Positions 45,814-55,874 of a stretch of 64,000 nucleotides of DNA are shown one piece after another. The notes beneath the pieces were generated by a model, which worked only from the letters and a program-made list of their open reading frames with translations, searched no databases and was not told the DNA's origin. How positions within the stretch are numbered: the first letter of the stretch is position 1; each line of letters begins with the position of its first letter. This DNA is from a plasmid: the sequence record NZ_CP072388.1; one strand, written 5' to 3'. Made by a program: the position numbers and the translations under genes.

Positions 45814-46794
45814 TCAAGTATTGCCGTCGCCGAGTCGGCGCAGGTAGTCGTTGTAGGCGTCGAGCTCGGGGTCGCCGTACTGGTCGATGCGACGGTCGGC
45901 CGCCCGGGTGCGGCGGGTCTCGTCCTTGTTCCAGCGCACGAAGATGATCAGCAGCATGATCAGCGAGGGCAGCTCGCCATAGGACCAGGCCAGCGCCCCG
46001 GCGACGCCCTGGTCGGCGAGCACGTCCACTCCCCAGGTCGCGGGTGGGTGGGTGAATGCGGAGACCAGGGGGGCGCTAGCCATCATGACGATGACGCCGA
46101 AGAACGCGTGGGTGGGCATCTCGATGAACATGTCCGCCGCCCGCCCGAGGTGTCCCTGGGGTCGGGGTAGCGGGTCGCGGGAAAGCACGGGGATGGTGAA
46201 CAGGATCCCCGCCAGCAGGAACAGCAGCTCGAGGGAGAGGTGTCCGGTCCATGTGCCCAGGAGGTTGCCGGCGAGCGGGCTGAGGTACAGGGCGTAGAAG
46301 CACAGCAGGAACAGCGGGATCATCAGGGCTGGGTGCAGCACGACCTGACCGGCCCCTGATCGCAGGCCCCACCGGGCGGCGATGAGCACGGGCCGCCCCA
46401 TCCGGGTATGAGGGGTGGCGCGCAGAAGCAGCGTGCCGGGGCGGCCCAGGACCAGCAGCGGCGGGACGGCCATCATGAGGGTGAGCTGCTGGAACATGAA
46501 CACCGAGTACATCTCCAGGCCGTAGCCCTCCACGCCGGCGCCCATCACCACGACCAGGACGGCGCACCCGGTGAGGAAGGACAGCGTCGCCCACGGCGAC
46601 CAGCGCCGCCCGCTGGCCCAGACGCGGATCGCGCCGGCCAGGTACGCCGCGGCGGCGAGGAGCCCGAGCACGGGGATGACCGGGATGGGCTGCAGCGTCG
46701 GGGCGAGGAACGTCTCCCATGACGGGGGCTCGGTCGGCAGCCACACGGGGCCGTCGAACTGCGTTGGGAGCAGAGGGCCCATGCGCACCTGCAC
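45814..46794 (-). CDS. CtaG(Caa3-type)/CopD-like membrane protein
   Basis: About eight TM helices. Family resemblance to cytochrome oxidase assembly/copper-resistance CopD proteins. No search performed. Confidence 0.5.
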   Translation of the reverse strand: MQVRMGPLLPTQFDGPVWLPTEPPSWETFLAPTLQPIPVIPVLGLLAAAAYLAGAIRVWASGRRWSPWATLSFLTGCAVLVVVMGAGVEGYGLEMYSVFMFQQLTLMMAVPPLLVLGRPGTLLLRATPHTRMGRPVLIAARWGLRSGAGQVVLHPALMIPLFLLCFYALYLSPLAGNLLGTWTGHLSLELLFLLAGILFTIPVLSRDPLPRPQGHLGRAADMFIEMPTHAFFGVIVMMASAPLVSAFTHPPATWGVDVLADQGVAGALAWSYGELPSLIMLLIIFVRWNKDETRRTRAADRRIDQYGDPELDAYNDYLRRLGDGNT

Positions 46795-46892
46795 CTCCGT
46801 TCCTGCCGCCGGGACGGGTCCGGACGCTAGCAGACCTGGCCGGGAGCGCCCTCGGCTCGGGTTCAGGTCGTACCTCTATCATCACCCTCGTC

Positions 46893-47291
46893 ATGGGCAC
46901 CTCGACTCGACCTCGCGTGGGCGCGGCCGCAACGCGGCTCGTGCTCGTCTTCGCGCTGCTCGCGTTGACCGGACTGTTCGCCCTCACCACCGTCGACTCG
47001 ACCGCGCCGGCCGCCGCCGGTGTGGTGGCTGCCGAGCACGTCACCCAGGACCCGTCCGCCGAAGAGGCTGCTGCGCAGCTCGGTGGCAGCGAGGTGCCGC
47101 ACGGTGAGGTGCTGACTTTGCTGTGCCTGTGCGCGCTGCTGATCGCCGGTGTCGTCATCGCAGCCCGGGGCGCGATGCTGCACCGCTCCACGAGACGCCT
47201 GCCCGGTCTTCGTACCCTCGTGGGTGTCTTGCGAGCCGCACGGAGACCCGTTGTCGCCGATCCATGGGTCTGGGGGGTCAGCCGGACGTAG
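46893..47291 (+). CDS. hypothetical exported/membrane protein
   Basis: Signal-like N-terminus and a C-terminal TM. Internal start of ORF 46719..47291. Confidence 0.35.
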   Translation: MGTSTRPRVGAAATRLVLVFALLALTGLFALTTVDSTAPAAAGVVAAEHVTQDPSAEEAAAQLGGSEVPHGEVLTLLCLCALLIAGVVIAARGAMLHRSTRRLPGLRTLVGVLRAARRPVVADPWVWGVSRT

Positions 47292-47494
47292 TCGTCCGGC
47301 CGCCACGACGCGCCAGCACCGCCTGGCCTGCGGTCGCTGACCGCCTCGCTCACCTCCCCCCGCACCACCACGCTGGGCCCTCGTCGACGCTTCGCCCCCG
47401 GATGTTCGACACGAGTTGAGCGCACCCTTGTTCCTGTGCACCCTTGCTGCGCATTCTTGGCGCGGCATGGGCCGTCTTCGGAGGAGACCCGACG

Positions 47495-48412
47495 ATGGAG
47501 ATCTCTGCTTTGAGCGTGCTGCTCGTGTGGTCCAGCGCCACCGCCCTGGTCATCGCCTTGATCGCGTTCGCGGTCGACCTCGCTCAACGTGCCGACCCGC
47601 GCGGCGGCCAGCGCGTGAACCCAGCGGCGACGGCGGTCACCATGCCGCGTCGCGCGGCCGGGATCGCGATGGCCACCACCTGGCTCGCCACGGGGCTGCT
47701 CGTCGTTGCGATCGTGCTGCGTGGCATGGCGGCAGGGCGCACCCCGTGGGCGAACATGTACGAGTTCACCCTGGTGGGTACGTGCGCGGCCCTGCTCGCG
47801 TTCCTCGTGCTGAATGCACGCCGGGACCTGCGGTTCGCCGGCACGTTCGTCACCGGCGTCGCTGCGCTGTTCCTGGTCCTGGCGCTGAACGCGTTCTACA
47901 CCCCGGCCACGGGCTTGTTCCCCGCGCTGCAGTCGTACTGGCTCGTGATCCACGTCGGCGTCGCGATCGGCGCAACCGGGATCTTCACCGTCAGCGCGAT
48001 CCTGTCCGCGCTGCAGCTGCTGCGTGACCACCGCGACGAGGGCGGGGTCGTGCTGGGGCGGCGCTGGTGGCGGTGGCTGGACGTGATGCCGGAGCCGGCC
48101 GCGCTCGAGTCGACGTCTTTCCGGCTCAACGCGGTGGGGTTCGTCGCCTGGACCTTCACGCTGATCGGTGGGGCGATCTGGGCCGAGAGCGCGTGGGGTC
48201 GCTACTGGGGATGGGACCCGAAGGAGGTGTGGACGTTCATCATCTGGATCGTCTACGCCGCCTACCTGCACGCGCGCACCACACGCGGCTGGACAGGTCG
48301 CCGCGCCGCCTACCTCGTCCTGGTCGGATATAGCTGCGTGCTGTTCAACTTCACGGTGGTGAACCTGCTCATCAACGGCAAGCACTCCTACTCCGGGCTG
48401 ACCGCCGGATGA
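47495..48412 (+). CDS. ccsA: cytochrome c biogenesis protein CcsA/ResC-like (heme-handling)
   Basis: Trp-rich WWD motif WGRYWGWDPKEVW with flanking His. RBS ggagga. Confidence 0.75.
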   Translation: MEISALSVLLVWSSATALVIALIAFAVDLAQRADPRGGQRVNPAATAVTMPRRAAGIAMATTWLATGLLVVAIVLRGMAAGRTPWANMYEFTLVGTCAALLAFLVLNARRDLRFAGTFVTGVAALFLVLALNAFYTPATGLFPALQSYWLVIHVGVAIGATGIFTVSAILSALQLLRDHRDEGGVVLGRRWWRWLDVMPEPAALESTSFRLNAVGFVAWTFTLIGGAIWAESAWGRYWGWDPKEVWTFIIWIVYAAYLHARTTRGWTGRRAAYLVLVGYSCVLFNFTVVNLLINGKHSYSGLTAG

Positions 48413-49509
48413 ACGGCGCGACACGGCACGACGTCCTGGTCGTCGGAGGTGGCCAGGCGGGGCTCGTCACCGCGGCCCTGCTCGCCCGCGCCGGCGTGGA
48501 CTACGTCGTGCTCGACGCGGGCGAACGCCCCGGAGCCAGCTGGGCCCGGCGCTGGGACTCGCTGCGGCTGGTCACTCCGGGCCGCTACACGGCCTTGCCC
48601 GACTTCCCCAACCCGTGGCCCGGCGCCTACTACCCGACGAAGGACGAGGTCGCGGCCTACCTCGCCGACTATGCGCGCCACCACGACCTGATCGTGCGTC
48701 ACGGCGTGCGTGTCGACCAGCTCAGCGTCGACAACGCCGGGGTGTTCGTCGCCTCGGGGACGCACGGGGCGACCACGGCGCGGCGCGTGGTCGTGGCGAC
48801 CGGCGCGTTCCACACGCCGTTCGTTCCCGACCTCGCCCACGGGACCGCCGAGCACATCGTGCAGCTGCACTCGCACGACTACCGCGGTCCGCAGGCGACA
48901 CCGGGGAGACGGGTCCTGGTCGTGGGTGGCGGCAACTCCGGCGCACAGATCGCGCTCGAGCTCGCCCGCGACGACCGCGAGGTCCACCTCGCCTGTGCGG
49001 GCAGGCTGCGCAGCGTGCGGCAGGCGTTCGCTGCCGGGCCCGCGCTGTGGTGGATGACGCGCACCGCCACCCTGCGCGCCTCTGGCGGCGTTCTCGGTCG
49101 TCGGCTGCGGATGACCGACCCCGTGATCGGGATCTCCGACGCCGACCTGTGGGCGCTGGGCGTGCGCGTTCGCGAGCGGGTGCGGCAGGTGACCGGCCCG
49201 GACGCGGTGCTCGCGGATGACACGACCTGCCGGCCGGACACGATCGTGTGGGCGACCGGGTACCGCCACGACGACTCCTGGATCGCCGTTTCCCGGGCGC
49301 TGAACCCGCACGGCGCCCTAGTCCACGACGACCACCGCACCCGGATCGCGGGCCTGCACGTCATCGGGCGGCCGTGGCAGCGCACCCGCGGTTCAGCACT
49401 GCTCGGCTTCGTCGGCGATGACGCACGCCGCATGGTCGGCAGCATCCTCAACGATCGTCCCGCGACCGATCACCGCAACCCCGTCGCCCTGGAAGAGGAC
49501 CACCCGTGA
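48409..49509 (+). CDS. FAD/NAD(P)-binding oxidoreductase (flavin monooxygenase-like; CzcO-like)
   Basis: Two Rossmann motifs VVGGGQAG and VLVVGGGNSGAQIA. Confidence 0.7.
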   Translation: MNGATRHDVLVVGGGQAGLVTAALLARAGVDYVVLDAGERPGASWARRWDSLRLVTPGRYTALPDFPNPWPGAYYPTKDEVAAYLADYARHHDLIVRHGVRVDQLSVDNAGVFVASGTHGATTARRVVVATGAFHTPFVPDLAHGTAEHIVQLHSHDYRGPQATPGRRVLVVGGGNSGAQIALELARDDREVHLACAGRLRSVRQAFAAGPALWWMTRTATLRASGGVLGRRLRMTDPVIGISDADLWALGVRVRERVRQVTGPDAVLADDTTCRPDTIVWATGYRHDDSWIAVSRALNPHGALVHDDHRTRIAGLHVIGRPWQRTRGSALLGFVGDDARRMVGSILNDRPATDHRNPVALEEDHP

Positions 49510-49802
49510 CCATCCCGTGGACCGCCATCATCGCGGGGGTCGTGCCCTCCATCGGCGTCGGACTGCTGTTCTGGCTCGCGATGCGCGCGATCATTCACGC
49601 CGACCGCAACGAACGCAACGCCCTCGCCGAGCTCGAGCGCCAGCAGGCCGCGGCCGACGGCACCCGGCACCCCGACCCCGCTACGGCGACTTCATCTGAA
49701 GGCAACGGCATCGACCGTGCCGAGCCTGCTCCGGGGGCACCCGACGACCCGAGCGGCGCCGCCGTCTCGCAACCCACTACCCAACCGCCGAGGAACCCAT
49801 GA
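49506..49802 (+). CDS. small membrane protein
   Basis: One N-terminal TM helix. Translationally coupled on both sides. Confidence 0.4.
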   Translation: MTIPWTAIIAGVVPSIGVGLLFWLAMRAIIHADRNERNALAELERQQAAADGTRHPDPATATSSEGNGIDRAEPAPGAPDDPSGAAVSQPTTQPPRNP

Positions 49803-50452
49803 CGACCCGACGAGTCCTGCAGTCCCTTCTCCTGGTTGGCGTGATCGGACTGGTCGCCATCCTGGTCTGGTTCATCTTGTCCTCGGGGACCGATGACGGC
49901 GCAGCCGCGCCTAGCGGTGACCCTCAGGTCGTGCGAGACAACAGCCACGTCCTAAACCAGGCACCCGAGGAGAAGGCCGTTCTGGTCGAGTTCCTCGACT
50001 TCGAGTGCGAGGTCTGCCGCGCCTACTACCCGACCGTCGAGCAGCTGCGCGAGCGCAATGCCGACGAGCTCACCCTGGTGATCCGCTACTTCCCGATCCC
50101 CTCGCACGCCAACGCGAACAACGCCGCGATCGCGGTCGAGGCCGCCGCCCGCCAGGACCAGATCGAGGCGATGTACCAGCAGATGTACGCCACGCAGGCC
50201 GAGTGGGGCGAGGCACGCGAGTCCAAGGCCGAAGTGTTCCGCGGCTTCGCCCAGGACATCGGCCTGGACATTGAGCAGTATGACGCCGACGTGGCCGACC
50301 CCGACGTCGCAGCCCGCGTCCAGTCCGACTTCGACGAAGGCGTACGCCTGGGAGTGCAAGGCACCCCCACGTTCTTCCTCGACGGCGAGAAGCTGACCGT
50401 GCAGACGCCCGAAGACCTGATTCGGGCCGTCGAGGGCGCGCTCGGCCAGTGA
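49799..50452 (+). CDS. DsbA-family thiol:disulfide oxidoreductase, membrane-anchored
   Basis: CEVC active site in a thioredoxin fold. Confidence 0.8.
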   Translation: MTTRRVLQSLLLVGVIGLVAILVWFILSSGTDDGAAAPSGDPQVVRDNSHVLNQAPEEKAVLVEFLDFECEVCRAYYPTVEQLRERNADELTLVIRYFPIPSHANANNAAIAVEAAARQDQIEAMYQQMYATQAEWGEARESKAEVFRGFAQDIGLDIEQYDADVADPDVAARVQSDFDEGVRLGVQGTPTFFLDGEKLTVQTPEDLIRAVEGALGQ

Positions 50453-51177
50453 GTGTCACCGAGACCGTCTTCTCCGGCGGCCTGCTCCTGGCCCTCCCAC
50501 TCGCCATGGTCGCCGGGCTGGTCTCGTTCGCCTCGCCGTGCATCCTGCCGCTCGTGCCGGGCTACCTGGGGTACGTGGGCGGGATGGGGCGCGAGGTCTC
50601 GCGGCGGCGCCTCATGCTCGGGGTCGGGCTGTTCATTGCCGGGTTCACCGTCGTGTTCGTCGCCTACGGCGCCCTGTTCGGCGCGCTCGGGTCCTGGCTC
50701 GTGCAGCGCCAGGACCTCATGATCCGCGTCTTCGGGGTCCTGGTGGTCCTCATGGGCCTGGTGTTCGTCGGGCAGGTCGGGCCGCTGCAGCGCGTGGTGC
50801 GCCCGTCCTGGACGCCGCGGGTCGGGACCGTCGGAGCCCCGGTCTTGGGGGTGGTGTTCGGTCTCGGCTGGACCCCGTGCCTGGGCCCGACGCTCGTGGC
50901 CATCTCCGCGCTCAGCGTGGACGCCGGTACGGCCGGACGCGGGGCGCTACTCGCTCTCGCGTACTGCTTCGGCCTGGGAGTCCCGTTTGGCCTGGTCGCG
51001 TGGGGCTTCGGGTGGGCGAAGCGTTCCACCACGTTCCTCCGCGAACACCTGCGCGCAATCAACATCGCCGGCGGCGCCGTGCTCGTCCTCATCGGCCTGG
51101 CCATGGTCACCGGACTGTGGACCGTCCTGATGACGACGATGCAGGGTTGGGTCGGTGGTTTCGTCACGCCGATCTAG
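50449..51177 (+). CDS. ccdA: CcdA/DsbD-core cytochrome c biogenesis thiol-disulfide transporter
   Basis: Six TM helices. Conserved Cys in FASPCILPLVP and GWTPCLGP. Confidence 0.8.
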   Translation: MSVTETVFSGGLLLALPLAMVAGLVSFASPCILPLVPGYLGYVGGMGREVSRRRLMLGVGLFIAGFTVVFVAYGALFGALGSWLVQRQDLMIRVFGVLVVLMGLVFVGQVGPLQRVVRPSWTPRVGTVGAPVLGVVFGLGWTPCLGPTLVAISALSVDAGTAGRGALLALAYCFGLGVPFGLVAWGFGWAKRSTTFLREHLRAINIAGGAVLVLIGLAMVTGLWTVLMTTMQGWVGGFVTPI

Positions 51178-51708
51178 TCGGCAACAAGCACCATCGCCCG
51201 ATCCCAATGGCGCGACCAGACCGGGGGTGGTGCGTGGCGGGACGAAAGCCACATGGACCCACGACGGCGCACGCCACCACGCAGGCTGTCGCCCAGAGGA
51301 ACAGGAACCCGACAGCAGCCGCGGCGATGGCAAGGCCGATATCGATCGCCAACCACACCTTGCGCCCTGGCGGCCAGTGCTGGCGTCGGATTCACAGGAG
51401 AAAGACGACCGTCGCCGGGATGGAGACCACGACACCGGTGACCGCACCCAGCGACTACTCGCCGAGGCGTTCCAGGTCGTCAGATGGAAGAGCATGTTCA
51501 TGCCGAGCTGCCACTGGAACGCGGTGTTGCCACCACCCAGCCGTTGCTAGGCCTCGCACGCGGCCTACCGCGCCACTTCCGCCTGTCAGGTGTGCACCGA
51601 GGAGAGCGGCAGCACGATCGCGGCTCGCGCGAGATCCGCGGCAACGTCCGGAGGTGGGCTGAAGCTGCATCGCGCGATGCCTATCCGGGCACCTGGTCGT
51701 CTCGACGC

Positions 51709-52962
51709 TCATCCCACGATCGTCAGGGTCAGCAGGGTGATGTTGAGCACGACGATGACCGCAGCGATGGCGCACGCCGATAGGTGCAGCAGGGCGCCGT
51801 TGCGCCGCGCACCCATCATCCCCGCGTCGCGGGTAACCAATACCAAGGGAATCAGTGCGAACGGGATACCGAAACTGAGTACGACCTGGCTGATGACGAG
51901 CATGCTCGTCGGCGGAACGTCGGTAGCAAGCAGTAGGAGCGCCGGGGTGAGCGTGACCAAGCGTCGGACTAGAAGAGGGATGCGTGTCCGCAGAAGGCCG
52001 CGCATGATCTCCGCCCCGGCGTACGCCCCGACTGAGGTCGAAGCGAGTCCTGACGCGAGCAGACCGACGGCAAAGAGCACCGCGATTGTGGGTCCGAGTG
52101 CTGCTGCGATTGCTGTGTGGGCCCCGCTGATCGTGTCGGTTCCGTCCCGCCCAGCAAGGTTGGTCGCCGCCAGAAGGAGCATCGCAATGTTCACCCCACC
52201 GGCGATTGCCAGCGCGATGACGACGTCCCAGCGTGTCGCACGCAGAAGATGCGCAGTCTCCAGGTCCGTACGCGATCGGCCGTGCCGATCGCGCGCGAGG
52301 GAGGAGTGCAGGTAGATCACGTGGGGCATGACGGTCGCGCCGAGCATTGACGCCGCGAGCAGGACGGACTGCGGGCCATCGAAGCGAGGAACGAGCCCGG
52401 CCGCGGCCTGTGCCCACGGCGGTGGGGTGACAAAAAGGCCAGCCGTGAAGCCGACGGTGAGCACGACAAGCAGACCGGTGATGACGAACTCGAAATGACG
52501 CTGGCGCCGTCGGTGCTGAAGCACGAGAAGCGCCAGGGAGACCACGCCCGTGATCACGCCGCCCAGCACGAGCGGCAGATCGAATAGGAGGTTCAGGGCG
52601 ATGGCCCCGCCGATCACCTCAGCAAGATCAGTGGCCGCCGCGACGAGCTCGGCCTGGCCCCAATAGGCGAGACGGGCGGGCCGAGTAAACCGCTGCCCTA
52701 GCACCTCAGGAAGTGAGCGACCCGTGACGATCCCCAGCTTCGCGGACAGATACTGCACCACCACGGCCATCGCATTCGCCCCGACCAGAACCCACACGAG
52801 CAGGAACCCGAACTGCGCCCCGGCGGAGACGTTCGCCGCGACATTGCCCGGGTCGACGTAAGCGACCGACGCGACGAACGCGGGCCCCAGAAGGCGAAGC
52901 AAACCGAGCCGCTCGGTCCGCGGCGCCGCCCGCCTCGAGTCCTGCCCGACTGCAAGATCCAT
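51709..52962 (-). CDS. mntH: NRAMP-family divalent metal transporter (MntH)
   Basis: DPGN and MPH motifs. Eleven or twelve TM helices. Confidence 0.85.
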   Translation of the reverse strand: MDLAVGQDSRRAAPRTERLGLLRLLGPAFVASVAYVDPGNVAANVSAGAQFGFLLVWVLVGANAMAVVVQYLSAKLGIVTGRSLPEVLGQRFTRPARLAYWGQAELVAAATDLAEVIGGAIALNLLFDLPLVLGGVITGVVSLALLVLQHRRRQRHFEFVITGLLVVLTVGFTAGLFVTPPPWAQAAAGLVPRFDGPQSVLLAASMLGATVMPHVIYLHSSLARDRHGRSRTDLETAHLLRATRWDVVIALAIAGGVNIAMLLLAATNLAGRDGTDTISGAHTAIAAALGPTIAVLFAVGLLASGLASTSVGAYAGAEIMRGLLRTRIPLLVRRLVTLTPALLLLATDVPPTSMLVISQVVLSFGIPFALIPLVLVTRDAGMMGARRNGALLHLSACAIAAVIVVLNITLLTLTIVG

Positions 52963-53023
52963 GTAGCCGAACTATACTCTTCGTGTTCCCGAACTCTCTG
53001 TCGGCCTCGTTGCGTTCCTTCCT

Positions 53024-55075
53024 CTAGATCGTGGAAGTCGGTGTCGGCGCGGGTCGTGTCGGTGCAGGCACCGTCGGCAGCGCGGTAAGGGTGGCGGTCC
53101 CGCGTGCGGCGCGGACGCCGTTGAGGATGACGACGACCTCGGCGATCTCGTGGACGAGCACGACGCCGGCCAGGCCCAGCACGCCGAACAGCGCGAGCGG
53201 GAACAGCACGATGATGATCGCCAGGGCGAGCACGATGTTGCCGGTCATGATGCGCCGCCCGCGTCGGGCGTGGGCCAGGCCCTGGGGGACCAGGCGCAGG
53301 TCGTTGCCCGTGAACGCGACGTCGGCGGACTCGATCGCGGCGGCCGACCCACCGACGCCCATCGCGATCCCGACGTTCGCCGCGGCGAGGGCGGGGGCGT
53401 CGTTCACGCCGTCGCCGATCATCGCGGTGGGCACGTGTTCGGCCGAGGCGCGCACGGCCTGCTCCTTGTCCTGGGGCATCTGGGCGGCACGGACCTCGCT
53501 GATGCCGGCCTGGGCGGCCAGCGCGCGGGCGGTGCGCTCGTTGTCCCCGGTGAGCATGGTGACCGTGACACCGTCCAGGGCGAGCTGGCGCACGGCGTGG
53601 GCGGCCTCGGGGCGCAGCTCGTCGCGGATCCCGACGAGCGCGACCGGCTCGTCGCCGGCGGCGACCACGACGACGGTCATGCCCTGCCCCTCCAGGGTCG
53701 CCGCGTCGGGCTCGAGCGGACCGGGATCGATCCACCGGGTCGTGCCGACGCGGACCTGCACGCCGTCGACGGTGCCGTGCAGCCCGCGACCGGGCAGCTC
53801 CTGGACGTCGCCCGCCGGGCGCACCGGCGCGGATGCGGCGGCGAGGATCGCCGCGGCCAGGGGGTGGGTGCTGCGCGCCTCGAGCGCGCCGGCCCAGGCC
53901 AGAGCCTGCTCGCGGGTGGTGCCGGGGCGGGTCCTCACCTGCACGACCTCGGGCCGGTTGCGGGTCAGGGTGCCGGTCTTGTCGATCGCGACGGCGCGCA
54001 CGGTGCCGAGCTCTTCGAACGCCGCCCCGGACTTGACGATCATCCCGAACCGGCTCGCGGCGCCGATCGCGGAGATGACGGTGACGGGCACGGCGATCGC
54101 CAGCGCGCACGGAGACGCGGCGACGAGCACGACCAGGGCCCGCTCGGTCCACAAGCCCGGGTCGCCGACGACGAAGCCCCACACCACGACCAGCGCCGCG
54201 GCGACGAGCACGATCGGCACGAGCGGCTTCGCGATCCGGTCCGCCAGGCGCGCTCGCTCGCCCTTGCGCGCCTGGGCCTGCTCGACGAGGTGCACGATCG
54301 TGGTCAGGGAGTTGTCGCGCCCGTCCGCGCTCGCCTCGACCAGCAGGGCCCCGCCGCCGTTGATCGCGCCGGCGGGCACGGCGTCGCCCGGGCCGACCTC
54401 GACCGGGATGGACTCCCCGGTGATGGCGGAGGTGTCCAGCGAGCTGCGCCCGGACGTCACGACGCCGTCGGTCGCCAGGCGTTCCCCGGCCCGCACGACC
54501 AGCAGGTCGAGCTCGCGCACGTCCGCGGCGGGGATCTCCACGTCCCCGGACAGGCGCGAGACCCGTGCCGTGGTGGGCATGAGGTCGAGCAGGGCGCGCA
54601 GGCCGTGCTTGGCCCGGTCCATCGCACGGTCCTCGAGGGCCTCGGCGATGGAGAACAAGAACGCCAGCGCCGCGGCCTCCCCGACGTGGCCGAGCGCGAC
54701 GGCCCCGACCGCGGCGATCGTCATGAGCAGCCCGACCCCGAGCTTGCCGCGCGCCAGGCGCCGCACCGCACCGGGCACGAACGTCCACGCGCCGGCCAGC
54801 AGGCTCGCGCTCTGCACCACCAGCGCGGGCGTGGCCAGGTCCGACCACTCCAGGGCGTACCCGACGGCGAGCAGCACACCCGAGAGCGCGGGCAGCAGCA
54901 GCGCACGATCACGCCACCACGGCGCGAGCTCCTCGTCCTCGCCGTCGTGCTCGTCGTGGCTGTCGGCGGGCGCGCCGTCGGGCGTGCGCGGCGAAGCAGG
55001 CGTCAGGCCCAAGCCGGTCACCAGCGCGGGACGGTCCTCGAGCTCGTCGTCGCCCCCGCAGCACTCGCGGCTCAC
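53024..55075 (-). CDS. P1B-type heavy-metal ATPase, SPC subtype (P1B-4-like; Co/Ni/Zn-type), no N-terminal HMA domain
   Basis: SPC TM motif (VAASPCALAIA), DKTGTLT, GDGVNDAPAL. GTG at 55075 overlaps the arsR stop (GTGA). The ORF-track entry over-extends the N-terminus. Confidence 0.8.
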   Translation of the reverse strand: MSRECCGGDDELEDRPALVTGLGLTPASPRTPDGAPADSHDEHDGEDEELAPWWRDRALLLPALSGVLLAVGYALEWSDLATPALVVQSASLLAGAWTFVPGAVRRLARGKLGVGLLMTIAAVGAVALGHVGEAAALAFLFSIAEALEDRAMDRAKHGLRALLDLMPTTARVSRLSGDVEIPAADVRELDLLVVRAGERLATDGVVTSGRSSLDTSAITGESIPVEVGPGDAVPAGAINGGGALLVEASADGRDNSLTTIVHLVEQAQARKGERARLADRIAKPLVPIVLVAAALVVVWGFVVGDPGLWTERALVVLVAASPCALAIAVPVTVISAIGAASRFGMIVKSGAAFEELGTVRAVAIDKTGTLTRNRPEVVQVRTRPGTTREQALAWAGALEARSTHPLAAAILAAASAPVRPAGDVQELPGRGLHGTVDGVQVRVGTTRWIDPGPLEPDAATLEGQGMTVVVVAAGDEPVALVGIRDELRPEAAHAVRQLALDGVTVTMLTGDNERTARALAAQAGISEVRAAQMPQDKEQAVRASAEHVPTAMIGDGVNDAPALAAANVGIAMGVGGSAAAIESADVAFTGNDLRLVPQGLAHARRGRRIMTGNIVLALAIIIVLFPLALFGVLGLAGVVLVHEIAEVVVILNGVRAARGTATLTALPTVPAPTRPAPTPTSTI

Positions 55076-55482
55076 TGCTCGTCCTCGCACGCGGTGCAGC
55101 CCGGGACGTCGCACACCGGGTTCGAGCACTCGCGGCCTTCGCGGACGTCCAGGACCACGCGCATCAGCTCGTCCAGCGCCGCGGACAGGTGCGGGTCCGC
55201 GATCGTGTACTGGGTGCGGCGCCCGTCGGGCTCCGCAAGCACCAAACCGCACCCACGCAGACACGCCAGATGGTTGGACACGTTCTGCCGGCTCAACCCC
55301 AGGGCGTCGGCGAGGTCGGCCGGGTACGCCGGGCCGACGAGGAGACGTTCGAGGATGCGCGCGCGCGTCGGGTCACTCATCGCCCTCCCCAGGCGACCCA
55401 TGACTTCTACACGATCACCAGTGTTCAGCATGTGCTGAACTATACAGTGCAGCGTGAACCTGCGATCCGATCCCATCGACAA
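55072..55482 (-). CDS. ArsR-family metalloregulator with C-terminal Cys cluster (start uncertain)
   Basis: HTH RARILERLLVGPAYPADLADALGLSRQNVSNHLACLRGCG. C-terminal CSNPVCDVPGCTAC. Confidence 0.7.
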   Translation of the reverse strand: MSMGSDRRFTLHCIVQHMLNTGDRVEVMGRLGRAMSDPTRARILERLLVGPAYPADLADALGLSRQNVSNHLACLRGCGLVLAEPDGRRTQYTIADPHLSAALDELMRVVLDVREGRECSNPVCDVPGCTACEDEQ

Positions 55483-55502
55483 GTGTCAGTTATTATCGGT
55501 CT

Positions 55503-55874
55503 GTGTCGATCATAGATACCGAAGTATGTGTGGCGAGTACGGCGGACGTCGAGCCGGCGGTCGCGTTGTTCCGGTCGCTGGGAGATCCCGCGCGACTGGC
55601 GATCGTGCGCCGACTGGCTGTGGGTGAGGCGCGGGTCGCGGAGCTGACGCGCGACCTCGGCTTGGCACAGTCGACAGTGTCCTCGCACGTGGCCTGTCTC
55701 AAGGACTGCGGTCTGGTCTCCGGCCGCATGGAGGGTCGACGGGTCTTCTACTCCCTGGCCCGCCCCGAGCTGCTGGACCTGCTGGGAGCGGCCGAGACGC
55801 TGCTCGCCGCCACCGGTAGCGCCGTCGCCCTGTGCCCGACCTACGGCGTGGACGGGCAGGACTCGGCATGCTGA
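55503..55874 (+). CDS. ArsR-family metalloregulator (CmtR/CadC-like)
   Basis: HTH plus Cys residues (CLKDCG, C-terminal C). Heads the cadD-lspA operon. Confidence 0.75.
   Translation: MSIIDTEVCVASTADVEPAVALFRSLGDPARLAIVRRLAVGEARVAELTRDLGLAQSTVSSHVACLKDCGLVSGRMEGRRVFYSLARPELLDLLGAAETLLAATGSAVALCPTYGVDGQDSAC

Noticed and set aside
46076-48424. 782-aa minus-strand ORF spanning the CtaG-like and CcsA genes
   Set aside because: It crosses two well-supported genes on opposite strands and is Arg/Gly/Pro-rich without motifs.
51180-51700. Possible small membrane-protein genes in the 0.5-kb gap between ccdA and mntH (for example 51164..51358 minus)
   Set aside because: Only about 30 hydrophobic codons are followed by low-complexity sequence. 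No RBS or conserved motif. Treated as intergenic or convergent-terminator space.
52698-55438. Very long alternative-frame ORFs (716-790 aa) overlapping the SPC-type ATPase on both strands
   Set aside because: Only the 53024..55075 minus frame carries the P-type ATPase signatures (DKTGT, GDGVNDAP, SPC). The others are GC artefacts.
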